Below, in pieces: positions 49,816 through 61,672 of a stretch of DNA of 64,000 nt (the first letter of the stretch is position 1; each line of letters opens with the position of its first letter). The notes below the pieces were generated by a model. It was not told the origin of the DNA, ran no database searches, and saw only the letters and a program-made list of their open reading frames with translations. Position numbers and translations under genes: made by a program. The DNA is taken from NCBI GenBank assembly GCA_030770535.1, contig JASVEC010000029.1, positions 310,001 through 374,000 on the forward strand. Reading direction: 5' to 3'. This DNA comes from Batkoa obscura. Its lineage: Eukaryota.

Positions 49816-52800
49816 CTACAAATTATTCTCCTTATTATTATTACTAGCAAAATCTCGCCATTGTTGTTTACTATCCAAATATTTATTGTTATTATTACCA
49901 AAATTGTATTTCATTTTAGGTTTCATACTAGTATTATTATTGCTACTATGATTACTATTATTTTCATAATTGGATTTATTATGTTGATAACTTCCTTTTG
50001 ATGAATAGGAATAATTTTTATTATAATATCCTTTCCTTGGTTTGATTCGTTTTTCTATTGTTATTAATATCAATTATCTTTACAAATTTAATATTATAAT
50101 AAAAACTTACGTGTGGCTAATAATCGACGTCCTTTAAATTCCTATAATATTTGTTTATTTATTATTAATTAAAATTCTACTGTTATAAATTTAATAATTT
50201 TACCTTATCATTTAATATTTTAATCATATCCTCTACAACAGATGCACTATTCGTTTCAATTAGAGCAAATGTTTTTAATTTAAATATGATAATTTTTGTA
50301 ATCTAAAAAATAGATTCAATATATTATTTTTAATATAAATTTTAATAATTTATAATTACTTCTTGTTTGAATTGATCAATTAAATTGAAAAAAGGTTCTT
50401 CCATTTCAAATTGTTCTCCATTATTAATATATAATACTTTACTTGGATCTGGTTGATTATCATGATATTGTTTATCAACCCATATTATATTATAGCCATT
50501 AATAACTTGTTCATCTTTATTCAAGTTTTCTTTTAATTCTGCTTCTTCTTCAGATACTTTAGATGCCCAGTCTACTTGTTCAAATGTGTTATTTTGATTT
50601 TGATTATTATTATTCCCAATAGTATTATCTTTCTTATTTAACCAATCATCAACTTTTGTTGTGGTATCTGATTTCATAAATCCCCCCTTTACTTCATCCC
50701 ATTTCTTTGAATTTGGAGTTTTCTTTTTCTTTCCTTCCCAATTACTTCCCGATTCTACTTTTTCATTGTCGGACCAACTACTCTTTGTTATAATTTTACC
50801 TTCTTTTAATTCTTCCATTTTATGTTGTTCATTACCATCATCAGACCAACTACTCTTAGGTAATTTTTTATTCATTTTATCTTGAATCTTAGCTTCCAGT
50901 TTTTCTATTATATAAAAATTATTTAAATTAATACATTATCTTATATCAATTTTTATAAATATTATTTACCTTTTTTAGTATTGTCCAATAAAGTATTGTT
51001 ATTATCAAGAGTCAAATTCAAAGCTTCTGTTTCTAAATCATTACGTAATTGATTTTCTTTAGGTTTTAAATTTCCATTTTCATCTGGCCATGTATATGAA
51101 TTATGTTTTCCTACTTTCTTTTTACTTTGTACTGAAGTTGGTTCTAAAATAAAATAAAATTAATTTATATAATATCAGAATAATAATAAAATCTCACCAA
51201 TAATAGAAGACTGTCCATTGTTATTACTTGCCCCATTTTCCATTTTACTTTTGTTCTGATTTAAATTGACTTTGTTTTTAAACTTGTTATTCTTTTTTGA
51301 TGAAGTTTCCGTTTTAATTGAATTAGAATCCGTATTGAATGTAGATGATTCAATAGCCTGATTCAATTCCTTTATATTATTTTTAATATTAAAATTCTTA
51401 ATCTTTGGAATTTTATGACTATAATCAAGTACTATAATAAATTCGATTAATATCATAAAATCTAAATTGAAATTAAAGTAAAAATATTACTATGAGACCT
51501 AGTTTCAAAACTAACTTTAACCCCACAAAAATTTAAATTAACAAAACCAAATGGAAAATTAGGTGCTGTTAATTGAATAATACTATCAAAATAAGGTGTT
51601 TCATAAAAGGAATTTAAATCTTGTGGTGGGGGTATAATGTCCAATAAAGAAATGGCTGTTTCGGCTATTCTTTTCTGTTCACTTCTTCATAAAAATATTT
51701 AAAAAAACACATATAAATAGAGTGATATAAAATTACTTTGATTTTCCTGAAAAATGAGGACGTACCACTTCCCAAAGTTTAATAAAATCCTCTCTTGATT
51801 TTTCCAATCTTTCTTTTAATAACTCATTATCAAATGCAGTCACGCTTTGACTACCCATAGAAGCAAGACGTGGTTCTAAACTAGGTGATAACACATAATC
51901 AATCTAAAATTATTATTAATAAAAATATTAAATTTGCTAATTAAAAATTAAATTTACCTTTAATTTTGAAGCTAATTGAGAAATCATGGGCTCTTTGTTT
52001 AAATTTGTATGAGTAAGTAAAATTCGAATTTCACATGTATCAACAATCTTTAATATAGAAAATTAATATAAATAAATAAATAATAGAATTTAATTACCTT
52101 ATTTGACATTTCAATCAATTCTCCAATCTGCAATAAAGTGACCCAAGCGCCATCTTCATTACCAGCTAAATAACCACTACCTATATTTAATATAAAAAAA
52201 TTGAAGTATTAATAATTAAACTAAATTAATTACTTACCAGTACCATGATCAAATAATTTATTTCTAACAAATGCTCCTCCAAGTCCAAAAAATCTCACTT
52301 TTAATTCCCCAATTTCTAATATCGGAGAATATTGTTGATCAATAAAATATAAATTATCAATATTATGCGTGGATGTTAAACTTTGTAATACAGTTATATT
52401 TTCAAAAGATCCATGGATCGTATAGATTGGCACAGAAAATTTTCGATTTCCATTTAAATATTCTGGGAACTCTGAAAGTTCTTCAATTTTAATCTCAGAG
52501 CGTAAAAGTTGAGAGGGGAAAGAGAGTAACATACTCTTCCTTTGATGATTCATCAATGTGCTACTACTGATTAATTGTCGTAAGATTCTAATTGAAGTAT
52601 TTTGTTAAATAAAAATAACTGAATTTATAGTACATTCTCATTACCTCTCACTCATCGTTTTAATCGATTCCGCAGCTAAATGAATTAATTAGATTAACCA
52701 TCCTATTCAAATCATATTAAAAATTGCTTACAATGAAACCCAAAAGAACCAGAATGTATTACAGCTCTGGATTTATTTTTTTTAATTAAACTTTCTAACC

Positions 52801-53142
52801 TAGTAAAATCACCTATTGAGAAATTGAATTTAATATTTGAATTTTCAATTAATTAAGATTTATTTGTTTAAAATCCAACTTACCATTGATATTAGCTACA
52901 AATAATACTTTTTCTAAAGTAGAGTAATTGAAGTCGGTATCTATAAAGTAAAAATAAGTTGTATCAATTTTATGCTTTTTAATATATAATGAAATAGAAT
53001 TACTTTCATTCATTTCTGAAAGATTCATAATTTGATTGAAAAATTTTTTTAAAGTATTCAAGTATTTTGACCATTTGGTTACTTTTTTATTATTGGTAGC
53101 CAATAATATTTTGGATTGAAAAAGGTGATCAATTTTTCTCAT
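49816..53142 (-). CDS. DUF2433-like (metallophosphoesterase-fold) protein with low-complexity linker and C-terminal RRM-like domain; many exons, start uncertain
   Basis: VIHSGSFGF, LSEFPEYLNG...FSVPIYTIHGSFEN, RFFGLGGAFVRNKLFDHGTG, WVTLLQIGELI and GFVNLNF, with TFALIET and FKGRRL near the end. Confidence 0.75.
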
Positions 53143-53969
53143 ATTTGTAATAAAGATAGTAATAAATTTTCTTTTATTAATTGTAAAGACCTAAATTATT
53201 AGCTATAGGATAATAAATACTTCTTTTTCAATATTATACATTTGAAAATGGAATACTTGTATATCGTTTATAAGGAGAATGACTTTGAATGCTTTCATTT
53301 TTTCAGCATAATATTAGAGTCCATTTCATTAGGATAAGTTATGACTTAAATACTTTTTTATGACGACGCCAATTGAAAAAAAGGCAACTAATTTTTAATA
53401 TAGATTTTGTTAGTAAAATTTAAAAAAAATATTATAAAAACAGAAATAACTATCAACATTAAGGGGATAGTTATCTTATAATAAATCATGTTATTAAAAA
53501 ACCTAATAAGAATAAGAATTTAATTTTTGCTATTGGAACCCTTTTTCATAACAACTAAAGATCTTAATAAAAAATGTAGTAATAGCCTTATACTACCATT
53601 ATAGAGAATCACTTGCAAATAACTATATTTTTTAAATAAAAAAATAGTGTGAATCGTTTATCAAATATCCTAATCCTAACACTAACACTAACTTAATATT
53701 TAAATCTAACTAATTTCTACATGTTAAAAAGTAATATACTGTTTTAAACTATACAGTATGAAAAAATTGTTTCATTTTTTAACATTGATTTCAGATATTC
53801 AAATTAATTTAATATGAAATCTACAATAGTAATATTTAACATATATATTAATACAATATTATTAAATATAATTACAAAAAAAAAATGCTTTTGACTTATT
53901 AGTTATTAGGAAATAATGTTTAAAGTTAAGTGCTTCAATTATAGGACCATTTTTATAAATACAGTATAT

Positions 53970-54068
53970 GGGGATGTTTTTTTTGGTTTTATTACTTTTT
54001 TCATTTTTTAAGCGCTATTTTGAGTAGAAAGATCGTTAGTAAATTTCTTAAACAAAAAATACATCCCC
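53970..54068 (-). mobile_element. MITE copy, TSD ATAT
   Basis: ATAT-ggggatgt...acatcccc-ATAT. Confidence 0.9.
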
Positions 54069-54656
54069 ATATACTGAATTTTTGCAATTTCAATAAATTG
54101 ATAAAAATACAGATGTAACAAATTACAAACTTAATTATTAACTATTTGTCTAATATGTCAACTAATTATTATTATTTTTAAAACTTTATTTTTATTTGTT
54201 TATTTAAATTGGATATAAAAACTCAGCTTTTATATAATCGCTTAATATTATTAGTTTTAACTTTTAAGGTTGTTTTATTAATATCAACCATTTATAATTG
54301 TTATATACTAAAGGTTTTAAGTATCAATAATTTAATCTATTGTTAACGTATTTGTAATCATATATTATACAAAATCAAATATACAAAATTTATTGTATGT
54401 CATTTAATATTGAAATGCGGATTTATAACATTAACATTTTAAAGCAAATAAACTAATAATCGAAATTTATTTATATCTTAAAACTTACAAATCAGCTCAA
54501 AAACAATAAAATATTAATAACTTAAATGTTAAAATCAATTCAAAATTTATAATTTTTACATAATCAGAAATAAAAATCTAAAAGTATAAATAACATTAAA
54601 AGAGACACTTTTAAAATAGTTATATTCAATTAAAAATAATTTCAACAAAATAAAAA

Positions 54657-55573
54657 ATGAGTAGTAAAAAACTCAAATTAATTTTACGTAAAGTAGTTCA
54701 ACAAGTAGTGTCGATTGAACAATCAGAGGTGTAGGTAGCAGAGTACGACGTAGCATTGGTACTACTAAATTAAGAAACCTTGATCCCTTCTTGATGTTAG
54801 ATGAGTTTGATGTAAAATATCCAGGAGGCTTCCCTGATCATCCACATCGAGGATTTGAAACTGTATCTTATATATTCACTGGAAATAATCAACATGAAGA
54901 CTTTACTGGAAATCAAGGCATCATTGGACCAGGTGACTTACAATGGATGACTGCAGGAAAAGGAATAGTTCATGCAGAAATGCCATTACCACAATCTAAA
55001 GAACCAGTCACTGGTTTACAGTTATGGGTTAATTTACCAAAAAGAGAAAAAATGTGTGAACCTAGATATCAGGATTTCAAAGATAATGAAATACCTAGAG
55101 CAATACCAGAAGTAGGAGTAGAAATTAAAGTAATTGCTGGTGAAGCTTATGGAATTCAGTCATCTATTAAAACCAGTAATCCAGTTTATATAATAGATTT
55201 TAAAATGGAAGCAAATAAATCAGCTTATCAAATCTTACCAGCTGGATTTAATACTGCATTTATTTATACTATTAAAGGTCAAGTGGAAGTTGCACAAAAT
55301 GGAAAATTAGTTTTACCTCATACAACAATAGTATTTGATAAAGAAGGTGGGGATGAAGTTAATCAAATTTTAATTAATAGTCATAATGAAAAAGTTCATT
55401 TTATTTTGATTGCTGGTAAACCTATTAATGAACCTATTAAACAATATGGTCCTTTTGTTATGAATGATCAAGAAGGTATTAATAATGCTTTTTGGGATTA
55501 TCAGTTTAATAAAAATGGGTTTGAAAAAGCAAAGAACTGGAAGTCGATTATTGGAAGAAGAAGTTTTATTTAA
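54657..55573 (+). CDS. Pirin; apparent 1-nt deletion near 54728
   Basis: EQSE/GVGSRVRRSIG, LDPFLMLDEF, GFPDHPHRGFETV, QWMTAGKGIVHAEMP, LQLWVNLP and YGPFVMN. Confidence 0.9.
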
Positions 55574-55829
55574 TTATGTTATTTACTATTATTATTATTG
55601 TTATTAAAAGTAAAAAGGTTGAATTTTTTTTAATATTTTAAATGTTTATTTACAATATTAATTTCAATTCTACAATATTAAACATTATTCCTTTAAAATA
55701 CTATTTCAATTTCAATTAGCAATTTAAATATCTATTCATTAAATTTATTAAATAAAATATAAAATAATCTGAATTAAATTTTATTGATTTAATATTTTAT
55801 TAAAAGTAAAATATAACCAATATTAAATA

Positions 55830-56741
55830 TTAATATATATTCAAATTAATCCAATCCACATAAGTATTTACTTTAGTAAAAATGGATGGAAAGTTTTGAT
55901 TTAAACATTTCATATTAATTACTAATGAAGCAACCCCAATAATCTTATTTTCTATTACTAAAGGACTTCCTGAATCTCCGTGACAAACGGAACTTTTATC
56001 TTCCATATGACGAGCACAAAGATGATTCATTTGATTTAGATCTCTATAAGCTTTATTACATTTCTCAAAGGAATATATAGATAGTGTAGTTTGTAACAAA
56101 TTAGGTGAACTTGAGTCATATTTTAAAGGATCTGTTCTACCCCATCCTGCAAATTGAGCTTCTAAGCCCTCTTCATTGGCTAAGTTATCAGTATCAAGTA
56201 ATAGATATTCTCGAACTGGACTTGGTGTCAGTAATTTAATAATAGCAATGTCATTGTTAACAAATGGATCTTGTTTATTATAATTCGGATGTAATATAAC
56301 TTCTTTAATTGAATGAATAGTAAAACTGCCATCAGGTCCTTTACCTAATAAAGATGAGCCACCATTATTATTAGAAATAAAAGGTGATGAGTTGGTATTA
56401 TTGGCTTCCATTTTCATCTCATCTAATTCTTTTTTTTCTAATATTCTAGAATCAATTAATCCGCTTGGTGAATTATCCGAATAATACGACCATACTTTTA
56501 ATGGAAGATTTTCATCCATACAATGAGCCGCAGTAAGTATAATATTAGAGCTTAATAACCCACCACCACATAAATGAATATTGCCTGTACGTATAGACAC
56601 TAAAGAGGGATGATTCTTCCAACTAGCGGGGCTTCCATTAATTATTCGATAATTAATACTATTGTTAGTTGGGTTTTCAGATTGGATTGGGAAGCAGTAA
56701 TAAAAGGTTAACAGTAATAATAAAGTGGGTAAGTAAAACAT
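55830..56741 (-). CDS. Secreted S1A serine protease
   Basis: Signal peptide, R-IING, HLCGG, LTAAHC, NDIAII and CHGDSGSP. Confidence 0.93.
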   Translation of the reverse strand: MFYLPTLLLLLTFYYCFPIQSENPTNNSINYRIINGSPASWKNHPSLVSIRTGNIHLCGGGLLSSNIILTAAHCMDENLPLKVWSYYSDNSPSGLIDSRILEKKELDEMKMEANNTNSSPFISNNNGGSSLLGKGPDGSFTIHSIKEVILHPNYNKQDPFVNNDIAIIKLLTPSPVREYLLLDTDNLANEEGLEAQFAGWGRTDPLKYDSSSPNLLQTTLSIYSFEKCNKAYRDLNQMNHLCARHMEDKSSVCHGDSGSPLVIENKIIGVASLVINMKCLNQNFPSIFTKVNTYVDWINLNIY

Positions 56742-57319
56742 TTTTTGATATACGCCAGGTATAGAAATAGAATTCAAATAAAAGAAAATTAAAATTGAAT
56801 GTTTTCAATATAGTTGTGCTTTTATAATAATTAAATTTTAATGTTACTTTTAAATTATTTAATATATTAAGATAATTCTTAATATTGATATTTTCAACCA
56901 ATTATTGAGAGTTATTATTTTTTATTTATTGATTACTAAGTGAGTTCTAATGAGTTACTTTTTAAAATCAATTATTATATTATAGTAGTTAATTAATATA
57001 ATGATGTTAATATTCCAAAATATATGTATTTTAATATAGATGATGGTTTAATGAATTTATTAATAAAAACAAACAGTTTTGATGGAAGTAACATAAACTG
57101 TGTGTTATATATTACACTCTAAAGGGTATAAATAAAAGTCGACATGAATATAATATTTTAACTCAATATTTCCTCAATTATTTTTTACAAATGTTATTTA
57201 CAATTTTAACTTACTAAATATCCACTTAATTTGCAAACCCTTACAATAAATTTGCATTAAATAAACAAAAAAAATACATTTTTTTTTTTTTAATACTGAC
57301 TCTCAACTCGTTAGAAGCC

Positions 57320-59906
57320 ATGAAAACATTGTTATTTTATGTCTTTAGTTCAATCCTACTATTTCTCATAATCTATAAATCCACACTTGAAAACAATGAT
57401 ATAAGTGGGTGTCAGATGACATACTCGTATCCCGAATTTATCAAGCAAAATTTTGCTTCCAATACAAAAGAGTTAAATAGATATAGTTTATATTTATATA
57501 AAGATTTAGAGTTTGATAATGAAGAAAAGGTAAAAAAAATTTATACTATTTGTATACAAAATAAAAATGAAAATAAGATTTTTGGGAATTAATAATTAAT
57601 TTTAGCTTTATGGTACCCCTGTATTATTTCTACCAGGTAACGCAGGCTCTTATAAACAAGTTCGAAGTATTGCAAAAACGGTCAGTTCATTAGCTAAAAA
57701 AAGAAATATTATGGGTTTGGATTTTTTTACAAGTAAGAAATTATTTAATTTTATTCCAATTTAGAACTATTAAAACTAATAATTTTAGTAAATTTCAATG
57801 AAGAATTGAGTGCTTTAGTAGGTCAAATATTAGTGGATCAATCAAATTATGCTATAGAAAGTATTGATTATATATTAAAATTATATCAAGAAAACTCAAG
57901 TAATAATAAACTCATCCCGATACCTACATCCGTAATAGTCATTGGACACTCAATGGGTGGCATTGTTGCAAGAAATATACCAAGTTTAAAGGCATATAGA
58001 AAAGAAAGTATTAATAGTATCTTTACATTAGCATCACCACATTTATATCCACGATTACCATTAGAAAAAGAAATGTATTTATTATATGATCAAGTAAACC
58101 ATTTTTGGAGAGAAAGAAATTTTCATCAAAATGAATTCAATGATATTCGCAATGAATTAAATAATATTAGTTTAATTTCAATTACAGGAGGTAACAGAGA
58201 TAGTCAAATTGCTTCTGATTTATCGGAATTATCTACTTTAGTTAATAAAAATCATGGATTTACGGTTTATACTACTAGTCTATCAAAGGCCTGGGTTAGC
58301 AGCGATCATCAATCTATTCTTTGGTGTAAACAAGTGGTGTTATCTGTTTCTAAAGCTATCTTAAATATTATTGATATCAACTCCGAGTTTCGAACTTTAC
58401 CTATTAAGGATCGAATGCAACAGTTAAAATTAGATTTATTACAAATACCTAAAGAAGAAGCAGATTTTGAACTTGAAATGGAACAAGCAATAGGATTTAA
58501 GGAAGATGGCAAGGAATTGGAGTTAGATCTTAATAGTTCTAAATTATTAAAAATAAGTTCAAATATAGAAAATTTCAATTTCATATCTTCTAAAGAAATA
58601 GTGGTATTTAAATGTTTAAAAAAAGATAATAGTAAATTACTTTTATGTAATAATTTTAATACTATTACATCTACCCTTTTACCAGCAACCGAACATCAAT
58701 TTGATAAGGGATTTGGAGATATTATTTTACAACATATACATATTAATTTAAAATTAGAAGATAAATATGATTATTTATTAATTAAAGGAAAAGAAAAGAA
58801 AATTCAAAAAATAAAAATAAAAATTCAAAAAGAAGAGAAATTAATTATACAACCAAGTATTATGGAATTGTTATTAGGTTATAATACAAACCTCATTAAT
58901 AAAGAACAACAATTGAATTCATACTTTAAAATTCAACTAAAGTTACCAGAATCTCCATTATTAGCATATAAATTTATGTTAAAATCCGATAATAATCCAG
59001 AATTAAATTTTATATTACGACAAACTAATTACCAAATTAACGAATATAAATATTTTGTAAATAAAATGAATGAAGCAATCAAAATCAATTTTCATAGTCA
59101 AGCTAAAATGCCCAATCATCATTATCATTTTAATGAAATTAGTAATCATATTCGAGATATTATTCAAGATAATATTAATTACATTCATAATTCTCATGAA
59201 TTATTAGATCCATTTTGGAAATTCATTGAATTACAACTATGGTTGAATTTACCTCATAAAACTGAGATAAATGAAAAAGAGATGAATATCAATCTTTATT
59301 TTCAATTAGATATTTATTCTACACTAGGACGATTATTCAAACGAATTGATTTAGCCATAGCAGTATTTCCATTTTCATTGATAATATTATTATTTACAAA
59401 TAATTTATTAAAATTTAAAAAAATACGTTATATTCAATATATCAATTGTAGTTTAAAAAAAGAATTAATTTATTATACAATAATATTATGGATATTTAGT
59501 ATAATTCAATCTATTATAATAATATTTCAATGGGATAATTTAATAAGTAATAATCATTGGGATTTATTTCCTGATTTTTCATTATTATTAATTAATGATA
59601 GAGGTTTATTATGTACTTGGATTATTCCTTTAATTACATTTATGTCTGCTGGGTTTATTATTATTTATTATTTCATTATTATAGGCTTAATTATAATATT
59701 TCAATTAGTTTCAATGATTATAAAATCAAAATCTTGGTTTCGATTACCATACAAACAATTCTTACATTTTCCATTAAGTTTAAGGTTTTTGACTTTATTT
59801 TTATTGACAATATTGACTGCTAAATTCATCCCTGATTTTATATTATATATAAGTATTGTATTAATTGCTATTAATAATGCTAAAATAAGTAAAATGAATG
59901 TAAGTT

Positions 59907-59947
<41 letters not shown>

Positions 59948-60424
59948 CTATTTAACTAATATCTTTGTTTTAATTAGTCTAAAATCGAACAATATCAACT
60001 GGATATATCAATAGTTCATTTCTTATTTACTGCATTACCATCCCATATTCCTGCCTTAATTGTATGGTTTAAAAGTTTTATTCAAGATAATAGAACCTTA
60101 CCAATATTGAGTTATCATTCATTATCTTTTGATAATATATTATTAACTATATTAATATTATGTTTTATTATTAATCCATTATCAGCTACTTTAATTGAGA
60201 ATTTACAAAAAAGGTAAACAATAATTTCAAATGAAATCATTGAATGTTGTAATTGATTTTTTATTAGGAAATTGGTATGTAACTTAGTTTATACACTTTT
60301 TACAACATTGGCTATTTATACTGCTTTAACTGGATTTACTTATACTTTTATATTCCCTCAGATTGCTACTTACATGTTATTAATTTGTTATATACTTGAT
60401 TTTAGTATTGTTAAACAAGTATAA
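57320..60424 (+). CDS. BST1: GPI inositol deacylase (Bst1/PGAP1), multi-exon
   Basis: [36 protein letters not shown] and [10 protein letters not shown], followed by C-terminal TM helices. Confidence 0.92.
59909..59947. repeat. (AAT)n microsatellite in a BST1 intron
   Basis: About 13 AAT units just after a gtaagt donor. Confidence 0.9.
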
Positions 60425-60481
60425 CAATAATTAAAATGAATAAATAATAATTATATACAAAATAATTAGAATATAAAAAGT

Positions 60482-61360
60482 TTATTTAAGTAAATCACAA
60501 GTTAATTTAAATCTAGCTGCAGAATCTTTACAACTAAACTGTCTATTAATAATATATTCTTTAATATGATCCTTAATATTTTCTTTAGGTACACTATTAG
60601 GTATATTTTTTTTTAAATCTTGCCACATTCTTTTACAATTATTAACATGAATTGCTTTATTTTCAATATCAATAAACCCTTTACTATTGTCAAAATTTTT
60701 ATGTTTATAACCTAATGTTTCAATGCCATCAAATCCTGACCAAGAAGTAGTAACAATTATACTTCCAGTTTCTATATTGTTAATTATAAATTCATGTAAA
60801 GCATCCAAATCATTAATGCTAATTGTATCACAACAAACTTCTTTTGTTTCCCTACATAACCCAGCAAATATAAATGTTTTTTCTTCTTTATCGTTATCAC
60901 TTTTTTTATCTTTATAGAAATTGGACCTATCCAATTCGACCATTAAATCTTTTCCACCTATTTTCTTATCTCTTAAGCTATCAAATTTCCTAACATAAGC
61001 TTTACGAAATTTATTATTCCAATTAATAATTACATTCTTAGAAATATTCGTTTGAACTTGGGTTTCACTCACTTTAAATTTAAAAGCAAAACAAGCTAAT
61101 AACTGTAAAATTTGACCTATTTTTAATTGCGAATTTTCAAAGATACTACCAGCTAAGACTGAAAACATTTTGTTACATTGTTTATTATTACATCGCATTA
61201 AGGAACTGATCCGTTCTTTATTTCGATTCTTGATTTTAGACATACTCGATTGACAATGAACACATTTATCTGGATAAGGTGGTATAAGTCCTAATTCTTT
61301 AGCTAATTCAAAGCTTGTTTCTTCTTTTGAGGTTTTGATACCAATATCAAATAAATTCAT
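60482..61360 (-). CDS. Merlin/IS1595 (ISXO2-like) transposase-derived protein with degenerate DDE
   Basis: CxxC...CxxxxC Zn ribbon, GSIFENSQL, IGGKDLMVELD, IETGSIIVTTSWSGF, GYKH and HVNNCKRMW. Intact 292-aa ORF. Confidence 0.85.
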   Translation of the reverse strand: MNLFDIGIKTSKEETSFELAKELGLIPPYPDKCVHCQSSMSKIKNRNKERISSLMRCNNKQCNKMFSVLAGSIFENSQLKIGQILQLLACFAFKFKVSETQVQTNISKNVIINWNNKFRKAYVRKFDSLRDKKIGGKDLMVELDRSNFYKDKKSDNDKEEKTFIFAGLCRETKEVCCDTISINDLDALHEFIINNIETGSIIVTTSWSGFDGIETLGYKHKNFDNSKGFIDIENKAIHVNNCKRMWQDLKKNIPNSVPKENIKDHIKEYIINRQFSCKDSAARFKLTCDLLK

Positions 61361-61448
61361 TATTAGAAATGTAATAAGGAGTTAGCATTTATTTGTTATC
61401 AATTTTTGATTTTTTTTAGAATTGAAAATTAATCCGTCATTCCAATTT

Positions 61449-61521
61449 GATTTTAACCCTATCAAAAGCTACCTTAACCGTTAATTATTGGATTTAACCC
61501 TATCAGAAGCTTACCTTAACC
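61449..61521. repeat. Two ~31-bp direct repeats upstream of the Merlin-like ORF
   Basis: gattttaaccctatcaaaagctaccttaacc and gatttaaccctatcagaagcttaccttaacc. Confidence 0.8.
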
Positions 61522-61672
61522 ACAAAAAACCTTTAATTTGTAATTGTTAAAAGTTACTTTAATCATCCAAAATTTCTTAATTTAAAATAATAAATTTATT
61601 TATGATATTATTTATTTATGATATTATTTATTTATGACTTTATTTATTTATTCATTTAATAAAAATTAATTA

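Noticed and set aside
53668..53692. Telomere-like cctaatcctaacactaacactaac
   Set aside because: Only four imperfect hexamers, internal, and compatible with chance slippage.
14143..54068. Recurring ~98-bp sequence as a CRISPR array, tRNA or SINE
   Set aside because: Copies are dispersed in both orientations with TIRs and 4-bp TSDs. There are no spacers, cas genes, cloverleaf or poly-A tail.
60482..61360. Merlin-like ORF or the mariner relic as the enzyme that mobilises the MITE
   Set aside because: Merlin makes 8-9-bp TSDs and Tc1/mariner duplicates TA, whereas the MITE has 4-bp AWWT. The Merlin ORF also lacks catalytic residues.
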